Shown here piece after piece: positions 1-10,157 of a stretch of DNA of 30,895 nucleotides. This DNA is from an uncultured Clostridia bacterium (lineage in GTDB: Bacteria; Acidobacteriota; Blastocatellia; UBA7656; JADIYM01), in the NCBI GenBank assembly GCA_964591515.1, contig CAZQBW010000038.1, positions 1 to 30,895 of the forward strand, written 5' to 3'. Position numbers and translations under genes: made by a program. A model generated the notes under the pieces. It worked only from the letters and a program-made list of their open reading frames with translations, was not told where the DNA came from and made no database searches. Position 1 is the stretch's first letter. Every line of letters starts with the position of its first letter.

Positions 1-1703
<1,703 letters not shown>

Positions 1704-1789
1704 ATGTCCCGGTAAGCCTCCGTTTCAGAGAACCCGAGACCGTAACACAGCGGCGAAGGGCGGAACAAATTCGGGACAATCATCCTTTT

Positions 1790-1876
1790 GCGTCTTTGCG
1801 AGACCTTGGCGTCTTTGCGAGAAACTTGTCATCAAGCCGGGTTTCTCGCAAAGACGCCAAGGTCTCGCAAAGACGC
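1790..1876. repeat. 87-bp perfect palindrome in the glmU-glmS spacer. Two 36-nt arms (1790-1825 and 1841-1876) flank a 15-nt loop. Each arm holds two direct copies of the 14-mer GCGTCTTTGCGAGA.
   Basis: Read directly: the reverse complement of the left arm gcgtctttgcgagaccttggcgtctttgcgagaaac equals the right arm gtttctcgcaaagacgccaaggtctcgcaaagacgc exactly. Two small hairpins follow, agtctgagaagact (1879-1892, reaching into the glmU stop codon) and ggactcgctcttcagagtcc (1895-1914, inside the glmU 3' coding end). Confidence 0.85.
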
Positions 1877-1891
1877 AAAGTCTGAGAAGAC

Positions 1892-3265
1892 TCAGGACTC
1901 GCTCTTCAGAGTCCGGATCACCCGCGCCGGGACACCCACGGCCAGAGAATCCGGCGGAACATCCTTCGTTACCACGCTGCCCGCCCCGGTCTTCGCTCCG
2001 TCGCCGACGGTGACTGGTGCCACGAGCATCGTGTCGCTGCCGATGTAGACCCCTGCCCCGATCGTAGTCCGGTGCTTGTTCTTGCCGTCGTAATTGCACG
2101 TCACCGTTCCCGCCCCGATGTTCGTCCGCGCACCAATGTCGGCGTCGCCCAGATACGTCAGGTGGTTGGCCTTCGCACCCGCACCGAGGACCGAGTTCTT
2201 GACCTCGACGAAGTTGCCGATGTGCACGTCTTCGCCGAGCTCAGTTCCCGGCCGGATCCGCGCGAACGGCCCGATCATCGCTCCGGCCGCGATCGTCGCG
2301 CTCTCGATCACGCTCATCGCGCGGACCACGACGTTGTCCGCGACGCACGCATCCACGAGCAACGCGTTCGGGCCGATCTCGCAGCATTCGCCGACGACTG
2401 TCGCCCCCGACAGAGTCGTCCCGGGATGCAGCACGGTATCGCTGCCAACTTCAACCGTATCGTCGACATACGTGTTCAGCGGATCGACGATGGTGACTCC
2501 GCCGTCCATCAGGCGGCCAAGCGTCCGCAGCTTCAGTCGCGATTCGGTCTCGGCAAGCTCCCGGCGCGTGTTGATCCCGGCGAGCTCCGCCGCGTCGGTG
2601 TGACAGACGACTCCGACGCGCTCGCCGTTGGCGACGAGCATTCCGAGAACGTCAGTCAAGTAGTACTCGCCCTGATCGTTGCCGGTAGAAAGCTGACCGA
2701 GCGCCGGAATCAGGCTGGCGCGGTCGAAGGCGTAGATGCCCGCGTTGATCTCGTCTATTGCCCGTTCGGCGTCCGACGCATCGCGGTGTTCGACGATGCG
2801 CTCGAATGTGCCGGCGCCACTTCGCACGATCCTGCCATAGCCAGTCGGGTCCACGAGCCGGACCGACAGGAGCGTGGCGGCGTTGCCCTCTAGCGCGTGC
2901 GCATCCACCAGCGACCTGAGCGTCTCCACTTCGAGCAGCGGGACGTCTCCGGACAGCACGACGACGGTGTCGCCTTTCAATTGATCGACGGCCTGCTGGA
3001 CAGCGTGTCCCGTGCCCAGCTGCTCGGCCTGCAGTGCAAACACGACCTCGGCCGTTCCCGAACCGCCGGCTGCGTGCCGGACCGCCGATTCCACGGAGGA
3101 CGCCTGATGACCGACGATCGTCACGAGCCGATCCGCTCCGAGCCCTGTCGCGGCTCTTACGACGTGCGCGACGAGGGGACGGCCTCCGACAACGTGCAGC
3201 ACCTTCGCCTTTCGGCTCTTCATCCGCGTTCCGAGTCCTGCCGCCATGATCACGACGTCGAGCAT
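1892..3265 (-). CDS. glmU: Bifunctional UDP-N-acetylglucosamine pyrophosphorylase / glucosamine-1-phosphate N-acetyltransferase
   Basis: 457 aa. The N-terminus MLDVVIMAAGLGTRMKS...LSGDVPLL is a nucleotidyltransferase fold. The C-terminal half is rich in hexapeptide (left-handed beta-helix) repeats (IGxxxxIG...NYDGKNKHRTTIGAGVYIGSDTMLVAPVTVGDGA). Confidence 0.92.
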   Translation of the reverse strand: MLDVVIMAAGLGTRMKSRKAKVLHVVGGRPLVAHVVRAATGLGADRLVTIVGHQASSVESAVRHAAGGSGTAEVVFALQAEQLGTGHAVQQAVDQLKGDTVVVLSGDVPLLEVETLRSLVDAHALEGNAATLLSVRLVDPTGYGRIVRSGAGTFERIVEHRDASDAERAIDEINAGIYAFDRASLIPALGQLSTGNDQGEYYLTDVLGMLVANGERVGVVCHTDAAELAGINTRRELAETESRLKLRTLGRLMDGGVTIVDPLNTYVDDTVEVGSDTVLHPGTTLSGATVVGECCEIGPNALLVDACVADNVVVRAMSVIESATIAAGAMIGPFARIRPGTELGEDVHIGNFVEVKNSVLGAGAKANHLTYLGDADIGARTNIGAGTVTCNYDGKNKHRTTIGAGVYIGSDTMLVAPVTVGDGAKTGAGSVVTKDVPPDSLAVGVPARVIRTLKSES

Positions 3266-3334
3266 AGAACCTCCTCCTCCTGCTTCGACGAACGGGGTCT
3301 CGAAGTGCAGAACCCGGAGACCGGTCGAGAAAGT

Positions 3335-4426
3335 TCAGGAGACGGCGAGTCTACGGCGCGCAGCCAGCGCAATGTCAAGCACCACCCGCGCGAGCTTTCC
3401 GGCGTCGTGACGGACGACCTCCCGGTCGTCGATGACGTCGAGCCCGACGAGAGTGGTTCGACGGGTCCCGTGACCGGGCAATCGCACTTCCCTCTCGTCG
3501 AGGATCGGAATATTCGCGTTGTCGCCGAATCCGAGTCGAACCTGGATTGCTCCCTCGGCAAGGTACTTCCGGCGGAGTCCCTCCGAGATCGGCAACGTGT
3601 TCACGATCACACGGTCCAATCGAAGGCCGGGAGCGTGCTCGGCGAGCGCAACGAGGTGATCCTCGACGGTGAAACCGTCCGTCTCGCCGGGTTGCGTCAT
3701 TCCGTTGCAGACGAAGAGTGCCGGTGCCGGCGACGCGGTGATGGCTTCCGGAATCCCGGGAACGAGCAGATTTGGAATGACACTCGAAAAGAGCGAGCCC
3801 GGTCCGAGCACGATCAGGTCCGCAGTGGCGATGGCCTCGAGTGTCGCGGCGAGTGGCCGGCAGTCCCTGCGAGACAGCCGAATCCGGCGTACTCGCGAGC
3901 CTGACGTCGCAATCTCGCGTTCGCCGTGTACCGTGCGACCGTCAGAGAGCTCGGCGATCAGGTCGACGACCTGCATCGTCGACGGCACGATCTGTCCCTT
4001 GATGGCCAGCACTTCGCTCGACACGCGGATGGCTTCGAGGAAGTCCCCCGTGACGTCGGTAAGCGCGGTGAGGAAGAGATTTCCGAAGGAGTGTCCACCG
4101 AGCGTACCGTCGCCGGCGAAACGATATCGAAAGAGCCGTGTGAGGAGCTGCTCGTCTTCGGCGAGAGCAACCATGCAATTGCGGATGTCGCCTGGCGGCA
4201 GAATCTTGAACTCTTCGCGCAAACGGCCCGAGCTTCCGCCGTTGTCGGTGACTGTGACGACGGCGGTCAGTCCATGTCCCGGCGGGCCTATCTCGACATC
4301 GACGTGCTCCTTGAGCCCTGCGAGCAGCGTCGAGAGTCCCGTCCCCCCGCCAATTGCGACGATCCGGAGGGTGTCTCCGATCTGACCGTCCTCCGTCGAT
4401 CTGTCTCTGTGTACCACGCCGTCCAA
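3335..4426 (-). CDS. yvcK: YvcK/GlmR-family protein (CofD-like, UPF0052; UDP-GlcNAc-binding gluconeogenesis factor)
   Basis: IVAIGGGTGLSTLLAGLK...VTVTDNGGSSGRLREE...PPGDIRNCMVALAEDE...GHSFGNLFLTAL...DLIVLGPGSLFSSVIPNLLVPGI...CNGMTQPGETDGFTVEDHL matches B. subtilis YvcK across the full length. The true start may lie slightly inside the ORF, because the N-terminal ~17 aa are not conserved. Confidence 0.8.
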   Translation of the reverse strand: MDGVVHRDRSTEDGQIGDTLRIVAIGGGTGLSTLLAGLKEHVDVEIGPPGHGLTAVVTVTDNGGSSGRLREEFKILPPGDIRNCMVALAEDEQLLTRLFRYRFAGDGTLGGHSFGNLFLTALTDVTGDFLEAIRVSSEVLAIKGQIVPSTMQVVDLIAELSDGRTVHGEREIATSGSRVRRIRLSRRDCRPLAATLEAIATADLIVLGPGSLFSSVIPNLLVPGIPEAITASPAPALFVCNGMTQPGETDGFTVEDHLVALAEHAPGLRLDRVIVNTLPISEGLRRKYLAEGAIQVRLGFGDNANIPILDEREVRLPGHGTRRTTLVGLDVIDDREVVRHDAGKLARVVLDIALAARRRLAVS

Positions 4427-4456
4427 GGCCCGGCCGTCAGCCGGGCGCCTCGTGCA

Positions 4457-5707
4457 CTAGACCGCGCCGAGCCCGACGAGTTCCTGGAACCGGGTGTCGC
4501 CGCGCAACGGGAGAAAGTCGGGATCCGTGCGGGCCTTCGAGCGGTGGATTTCGCGCACCGCGACCGCCTGTTCGAGCGTCTTCAGGCCTTCATCCGTATT
4601 GCCAAGCCGCACCTGTGCCGCCGCGAGCGAATACAGGACGTAGGGCATGTCGGGTTGGGACTTGAGCGCGCGCCGGAAGAGGTCGATGGCGGCCTCGAAG
4701 TGCCCGTTGTTCATTTCAATGACGCCCTGATCGTAGAGAGAATCCGGCGTCTGTGAGACCTTTTGCGGAGTCTGGAGCTTCGACTTGCAGATGGCAATAT
4801 AGCGGCTTACGAGCGCGACGATGTCGCTCTGTGTCGGGTACTTGGCGATGATCTTCTCGAATGCGTCCTCCGCGGCAACGAAGTTGGCCTTCTGGAAGAA
4901 CTTCATCGCCGCGTCGAGCGACTTGAGAACGTCGGCCATCTTCGGGGCCTTCGGCTGTTGAACCGGCGGCCGGTAGACAACCGGATCTGCCTTGACGGGC
5001 GGCAGCGGCTTCACGGGCAGGCGCGGAGTTGGCGACTTGGCGGGCTTCGATGGCGCCGCAACAGGGTGCTTCTCAGCCACGACGGCCTTTGCCGAGACCT
5101 TCGGGGCTGCTTTCGGAGCCGCTTTCTGAACTGACCTGGGAGCCGGTTTGGGCGACTTCCCCGAAGCCGTCTTCGCTGGTGACGGCAACGTAGCGGCCGC
5201 GGCTTTTGGAGTCGCGACCGCCGATTTCCCCGACTTCGGAAGAGCTTTGGAGGCCGCCGTCCTGGTCGCCTTCGCAGTCGAACCGGAAGCCTTTGCAGCG
5301 ATTGGCTTTGCAGGCGTCGACCGCTGCGGAGCCGCCTTGGCCTTCCCGCCCGCAACGGCCGCTCCCTTCAATTTCGCCGACGCGGCTGTCTTTGCCACCT
5401 TGGCCGGCGCCGGCACATTCTTCGACGCAACCGGCTTCTTTTCAGCGTCTTGTCGCGACTTGACCGACTTCACATCCGACTTTGCGGACGGTTTGGACGG
5501 TTGCTTCGAAGCTGTAGTCTTCTTTGCCGCTACGACCTTGGACGGCGAGGCCTTCGACACTACCGCTTTCACAGCGGGTTTCACCCTGGACGCGACGCTT
5601 CCCGGCTGCGACGACAGTCGCGACTTGGAAGTGTCCTTGGCAGTTGGCTTTACGGGCGTCTTTCCGGCGGGCTGGCGCTTGCTGGCGTTCGCTGGGGAGT
5701 TCCTCAT
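4457..5707 (-). CDS. Protein with a histone-H1-like Lys/Ala/Pro/Ser-rich disordered N-terminal region (~250 aa) and C-terminal TPR repeats
   Basis: 416-aa ORF. N-terminal AKKA/KPAA/PKAAPK-type low-complexity repeats (…KPAVKAVVSKASPSKVVAAKKTTASKQPSKPSAK…KAAPKAAPKVSAKAVVAEKHPVAAPSKPAKSP…). The last ~165 aa are TPR-like helical repeats (AEDAFEKIIAKYP…EAAIDLFRRALKSQP…LGNTDEGLKTLEQAV). It sits 30 nt upstream of yvcK on the same strand. Confidence 0.7.
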   Translation of the reverse strand: MRNSPANASKRQPAGKTPVKPTAKDTSKSRLSSQPGSVASRVKPAVKAVVSKASPSKVVAAKKTTASKQPSKPSAKSDVKSVKSRQDAEKKPVASKNVPAPAKVAKTAASAKLKGAAVAGGKAKAAPQRSTPAKPIAAKASGSTAKATRTAASKALPKSGKSAVATPKAAAATLPSPAKTASGKSPKPAPRSVQKAAPKAAPKVSAKAVVAEKHPVAAPSKPAKSPTPRLPVKPLPPVKADPVVYRPPVQQPKAPKMADVLKSLDAAMKFFQKANFVAAEDAFEKIIAKYPTQSDIVALVSRYIAICKSKLQTPQKVSQTPDSLYDQGVIEMNNGHFEAAIDLFRRALKSQPDMPYVLYSLAAAQVRLGNTDEGLKTLEQAVAVREIHRSKARTDPDFLPLRGDTRFQELVGLGAV

Positions 5708-5972
5708 CGAGTCCCTCTGTTTGTCGATTCTCTGAGGTGCCAGGCGGAGCCGTCCCAGAGGGGACGGTGCCTAAGTCGAATCAAATCGGTCGTTTATACC
5801 AGTTCGGCACTTGTGATGTCAACATGCGGGGCCGGAAAAGTTGCTAGTTATCAGAACCACTGTTTCACCGCCTCGACGCTGCGCCGGTCGCCATCACGAG
5901 GCGAGGTTGAGGCAGTCGCAAACGGCGGGGTATGATGCCGGCTTCATGCTCCAGACAAATCCACAACCAATC

Positions 5973-8516
5973 ATGATGAACGACAAGTACGAACCGAAGG
6001 CAATCGAGTCGAAGTGGCAGAAACGATGGGCGGCCGACGGAGCCTTCGTGGCTACGCCGGATCCGTCTCGACCGAAGTTCACGGTAGTCGAGATGCTCGC
6101 CTACACGTCGGGACGCCTGCACATGGGTCACGTCGAAAACTACTCGATCGGTGATGCTCTCGCCTGGTACAAGCGGCTCCGCGGATTCAACGTCTTTCAT
6201 CCATTCGGTTGGGACGCGTTCGGCCAACCTGCCGAGGAAGCAGCCATCAAGCACGGCATGGCGCCGGAAACCTTTACTTCGCAGTCAATTGCGAAGATGA
6301 AGGGACAACTCGAGCGGCTCGGCATCGGATACGACTGGACTAGCGAGCTCGCCACCTGCGAGCCGGAGTACTACCGCTGGAACCAGTGGTTCTTCATCGA
6401 GATGTGGAAGCGCGGCCTCATCTACCGGAAGTTCGGTCCGCTCAACTGGTGCCCGAAGGAAGAGATAGTCCTTTCGAACGAACAGGCCGAGAATGGCAAG
6501 TGCTGGCGATGCGGTACCGAGGTCGTCCAGAAGGAGAAGGAGCAGTGGTTCGCACGAATCACCGAGTACGCCGATCAACTGCTTGCCGACATGGATCAGA
6601 TCGAGGACGGCTGGCCCGAGGGCGTGCTGACCTCGCAGCGCGAATGGATCGGCAAGAGCCTAGGCGCCGACGTCACGTTCTCAGTCGAAGGCACTGACGA
6701 CGCGATCACAGTCTTCACGACCCGAATCGACACGATTTTCGGAGTCACCGCGGTCATGCTCGCTCCCGAACATCCGCTCGTCGCGGGGCTCGTCGAGCGG
6801 TCGCCCGACATCGAGAACGTTGCGGCGCTCGTCGAGTCGATGCGCAACGAGAAGCGCTCGGCGCGTGAGATCGATCAGCTCACGAAGCGCGGCGTGGCCA
6901 CCGGGAGCTTCGCCCTCAATCCTTTCACGGGCGAGCGAATTCCCATCTGGATCGCCAACTACGTCCTGATGGAATACGGAACGGGCGCCGTGATGAGCGT
7001 TCCGGGGCACGACGAGCGCGATTTCGAGTTCGCGACGGCCTTCAACCTTCCTGTCCGTCGGGTCATCGTGCCCGTTGACGTCGACCCCGCCTCCCTTCCC
7101 GATACCGTCGACGAAGCTACGGCCGGCGAGGGCGTGTTATGCAACTCAGATGAGTTCAACGGAATGCCGACGGCCGAGGCGCGCGTCGCGCTTGCGGCAC
7201 TCGCCGAGAAGGAAGGATTCGGAACGGCGCGAATCCGGTTCCGATTGCGCGACTGGACGATCACCCGGCAGCGCTACTGGGGAACGCCGGTCCCGATGGT
7301 TCACTGTCCCTCTTGCGGCGTCGTTCCGGTTCCGGAGGACCAACTCCCTGTGGTGCTTCCCCACGGCGTCGCGATCACCGGCGAGCGCGGTTCTCCGCTC
7401 GACCACGTCGAGTCGTATGTCGCCGTCGACTGTCCGTCCTGCGGCGAGCCTGCCCGTCGCGACACCGACACGATGGACACGTTCGTGGATTCGTCCTGGT
7501 ACTTCTTCCGGTACTGCGATCCGCACAATGACTCGAGGCCTTTCGATCCCGAGAAGATCGCCTACTGGTTCCCGATCGATCAGTATGTCGGCGGCAAGGA
7601 GCACGCCAACATGCACCTCATCTATTGCCGGTTCTGGACGAAGTTCATGCGCGACATCGGACTCGTCACGATCGACGAACCGGCGTCGCGGCTGCTCAAC
7701 CAGGGGATGGTCTGCATGTTCTCGGAAGTGACGGGCCGTACCGAGAAGATGTCGAAGAGCATCGGCAACGTAGTCGAGCCCGACGACATGTTCGACCGCT
7801 TCGGCGCCGACGCGACGCGCCTCTACGTGCTTTTTGCCTCGCCGCCAGAGAAGGACATGATCTGGGAGGCCAAGCGTTCGGCGTCCGGTGAACAGGAGTA
7901 CCCCGGCATCGAGGGCGCTTTCCGCTACATCGCGCGAGTCTGGCGGCTCGTTGCACGATGGCACGACGGGATTCTCGGAGCCGGCGAGCCCGGCGCCGAC
8001 CTGACCGAAGCCCAGCGTGCGGTTCGCCGAAAGACTCATCAGACGATCCGCCGCGCCACGGACGCCTTCGAGGACCGATTGCGGCTCAACACCGTCGTCG
8101 CGGCGCTGATGGAGCTGACGAACACACTCTACGATTTCACCGAGGCGACGCCGTCGCCCGGTGCGAACGACCGCGCCGTCGTGGCCGAGGCCATCTCGGC
8201 GCTCTCGCGAATGCTTGCGCCTTTCGCGCCGCACGTGGCCTCGGAGCTGTGGGAGTTGACCGGACACGCCGGGCTGCTCACACAGGCGTCGTGGCCCGAG
8301 TCGAACGAGGACCTCGCGCGCGAAGACTTGATCGAGATTCCGGTCCAGGTGAACGGGAAGCTTCGTTCGAAGGTCTTTGTCGCGCCCGATGCGACGAAGG
8401 AAACCCTCGAGGCCGCGGCTCTTGCGGACGAGCGGGTAGTCGCACTCCTCGACGGCAAGGTCATCGCGAAAGTCATTGTCGTGCCGGGGAGACTCGTGAA
8501 CGTGGTGATCAAATGA
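5973..8516 (+). CDS. leuS: Leucyl-tRNA synthetase
   Basis: MMNDKYEPKAIESKWQKRW…HMGHV (HIGH motif)…KMSKS…, with editing-domain and anticodon-binding regions. The ORF opens at 5841, but homology begins at the ATG at 5973 (MMNDKYEP aligns with the E. coli LeuS N-terminus). An ATG at 5946 is an alternative start. Confidence 0.92.
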   Translation: MMNDKYEPKAIESKWQKRWAADGAFVATPDPSRPKFTVVEMLAYTSGRLHMGHVENYSIGDALAWYKRLRGFNVFHPFGWDAFGQPAEEAAIKHGMAPETFTSQSIAKMKGQLERLGIGYDWTSELATCEPEYYRWNQWFFIEMWKRGLIYRKFGPLNWCPKEEIVLSNEQAENGKCWRCGTEVVQKEKEQWFARITEYADQLLADMDQIEDGWPEGVLTSQREWIGKSLGADVTFSVEGTDDAITVFTTRIDTIFGVTAVMLAPEHPLVAGLVERSPDIENVAALVESMRNEKRSAREIDQLTKRGVATGSFALNPFTGERIPIWIANYVLMEYGTGAVMSVPGHDERDFEFATAFNLPVRRVIVPVDVDPASLPDTVDEATAGEGVLCNSDEFNGMPTAEARVALAALAEKEGFGTARIRFRLRDWTITRQRYWGTPVPMVHCPSCGVVPVPEDQLPVVLPHGVAITGERGSPLDHVESYVAVDCPSCGEPARRDTDTMDTFVDSSWYFFRYCDPHNDSRPFDPEKIAYWFPIDQYVGGKEHANMHLIYCRFWTKFMRDIGLVTIDEPASRLLNQGMVCMFSEVTGRTEKMSKSIGNVVEPDDMFDRFGADATRLYVLFASPPEKDMIWEAKRSASGEQEYPGIEGAFRYIARVWRLVARWHDGILGAGEPGADLTEAQRAVRRKTHQTIRRATDAFEDRLRLNTVVAALMELTNTLYDFTEATPSPGANDRAVVAEAISALSRMLAPFAPHVASELWELTGHAGLLTQASWPESNEDLAREDLIEIPVQVNGKLRSKVFVAPDATKETLEAAALADERVVALLDGKVIAKVIVVPGRLVNVVIK

Positions 8517-9043
8517 AGCGGCGTGACGTCCTCGCTTCGGCCCTCGCGATACCGGCGGCCCTGGCTGCGGGCTGCAAGTACAAGCGCGTCGACACCGGTG
8601 AGTCCATCGGCGGCGACTACAAGACGATTGCGATTCCGACGTTCCTGAACCCGAGCCTGCGTTACCGCGTCGAGCAGCGATTCACCGACGCCGTGACTAA
8701 GGAGCTGCTGCGTCGAAATCGGCACTTCAGGATCGTCACCGACGAAAAGGACGCAGACCTCGTGCTCTCGGGAGAGATCAAGGACGTGCGTTCCGGAGGC
8801 GCGCTGCTCGACGACACCGGGCGCACCCGGGTCTTCCAGGTCGTCATCGTGACCGGCGTCACCCTGCGCGACCAGAAGCGCTCGAAAGTCATTTTCGACA
8901 ACCAGCGGATGGTCTTTCGCGGAGAGTACGAGCTGGCCGGCGACCCGCAGTCCTTCTTCAATGAAGAGGATCCGGCGTTCGATCGCATTGCGCGCGAGTT
9001 CGCCGCGAGCGTCATTTCGACAATCCTGAACGGCGCATTCTAG
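8513..9043 (+). CDS. lptE: LPS-assembly lipoprotein LptE (RlpB-like)
   Basis: Its ATG overlaps the leuS TGA (ATGA). It has a lipoprotein signal with lipobox LAAGC. The position is conserved, immediately after leuS and before holA as in E. coli. Size is ~176 aa. Sequence similarity to LptE is weak but the pattern is compatible. Confidence 0.7.
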   Translation: MKRRDVLASALAIPAALAAGCKYKRVDTGESIGGDYKTIAIPTFLNPSLRYRVEQRFTDAVTKELLRRNRHFRIVTDEKDADLVLSGEIKDVRSGGALLDDTGRTRVFQVVIVTGVTLRDQKRSKVIFDNQRMVFRGEYELAGDPQSFFNEEDPAFDRIAREFAASVISTILNGAF

Positions 9044-9079
9044 ACAGACGGGCTCTGCCCGACTCGATGCGAGGTCCCC

Positions 9080-10093
9080 GTGTCCCGTAGTCGCTCGAAA
9101 TCACAGGGGCTCGCCCCGTCCGATCTCGCCACAGCAGTCTCGGCCGGGCGAATCGATCCGCTGTACCTGTTCCTCGGGCCGGAGCGCTTCCTGAGGCGCG
9201 AATCCGTCGCACTGCTGACGGCAACAGTAGATGAGGCATTTCGGCCGTTCAACGTCGACACGTTCTCGGCGGCCGAGCACGACCTCGAGACGATATTTGA
9301 CGTCGCGAGGCAGCTGCCGATGATGAGCCCGCGCCGCCTGGTGGTCGTCCGCGATGCGGAGTCCATCCGCGAGGGCTCGCAGGATGCGCTCGAAAGCTAT
9401 CTGAAGGATCCCGTCGACTCTGCCATAGTCGTGTTCGTCGCGGATTCGCTCGATCAGCGGCGCAAGTCGTCGACGGCTCTCGCTAAAGCCTGCACAACCG
9501 TGAGTTTTGCGCAGCTCACCGAAGCCGACGCCTCGCGATGGGTCGAGGCGCGCGTAAAGCAGCTAGGCGCCCGGATCGACCGGTCTGCGATCGGCGCCGT
9601 CGTCGATCTCGCGGGCACCGAATTGACCCGGCTCTCGGTCGAGGTCGAGAAGCTCGCGTCGCACGCCGGCTCGGGGACGATCGACGTGCCGAGCGTGCGG
9701 GCGCTCGTCGCTCGCTCGCGCGAACACCAGGTGTGGGATCTGACCGACGCGATTCTCGCTCGCGACCGCGGGCGCGCGATCCGTGTGGTCGTCCGGCAGC
9801 TCGATGCCGGCGAGGAGCCTCTCGGACTGTTGGGGATGCTCGCATCGACCTATCGCAAGATGCTCATCGCCAAGGAGCTCATCCTGCGGAAGGCGCCTGC
9901 CGCCGAAGTACAGGCGGCCGTGAAGCTGCCGCCGTGGAAAATGTCGGAATTCAACACGCAGGTGCGGCGCGTTTCAGCCGAATCGATCGTGCACGGCCTG
10001 CGCCGCATGGACGAGGTCGATGCGGCGATCAAGAGCTCGGTCGGTACACCCAGGCTCCAGCTCGAGATTCTGGTCTGCGAACTGACTTTGTGA
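9080..10093 (+). CDS. holA: DNA polymerase III delta subunit
   Basis: 337 aa. The N-terminus …IDPLYLFLGPERFLRRESVALL…FSAAEHDLETIFDVARQLPMMSPRRLVVVRDAESI is typical of HolA. The leuS-lptE-holA order is conserved. A GTG start is assumed at 9080. Confidence 0.8.
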   Translation: MSRSRSKSQGLAPSDLATAVSAGRIDPLYLFLGPERFLRRESVALLTATVDEAFRPFNVDTFSAAEHDLETIFDVARQLPMMSPRRLVVVRDAESIREGSQDALESYLKDPVDSAIVVFVADSLDQRRKSSTALAKACTTVSFAQLTEADASRWVEARVKQLGARIDRSAIGAVVDLAGTELTRLSVEVEKLASHAGSGTIDVPSVRALVARSREHQVWDLTDAILARDRGRAIRVVVRQLDAGEEPLGLLGMLASTYRKMLIAKELILRKAPAAEVQAAVKLPPWKMSEFNTQVRRVSAESIVHGLRRMDEVDAAIKSSVGTPRLQLEILVCELTL

Positions 10094-10157
10094 TACATCC
10101 TTCGCGCCCGCAGTCTGGTCGCGGCCCAAAGACTCCAAGAGACGAAGAGGTAACGAC

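Noticed and set aside
1704-1891. Possible glmS ribozyme or GlmZ-type sRNA target in the glmS 5'UTR
   Set aside because: The UTR is dominated by a perfect DNA palindrome. None of the conserved glmS-ribozyme core sequences or pseudoknot organisation is visible.
4457-5707. Lys/Ala/Pro-rich region as a DNA-level tandem repeat or as two separate genes
   Set aside because: The nucleotide sequence is not an exact tandem repeat; the repeats are at the amino-acid composition level. One uninterrupted reading frame joins the K-rich part to the TPR part.
5708-5972. T-box leader upstream of leuS
   Set aside because: No T-box consensus (AATTAGGGTGGNACCGCG-like) was found. There is only a small hairpin, ccgtcccagaggggacgg.
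5841-5972. N-terminal extensions of ORFs: leuS from 5841, lptE from 7958, pyrG from 15173, RskA from 13596, pyrF from 27744, SBBP2 from 24313, MIPS from 30879
   Set aside because: The extensions are unconserved or low-complexity. Internal ATGs with SD sequences coincide with the start of homology to known proteins. The upstream parts of these ORFs overlap neighbouring genes.
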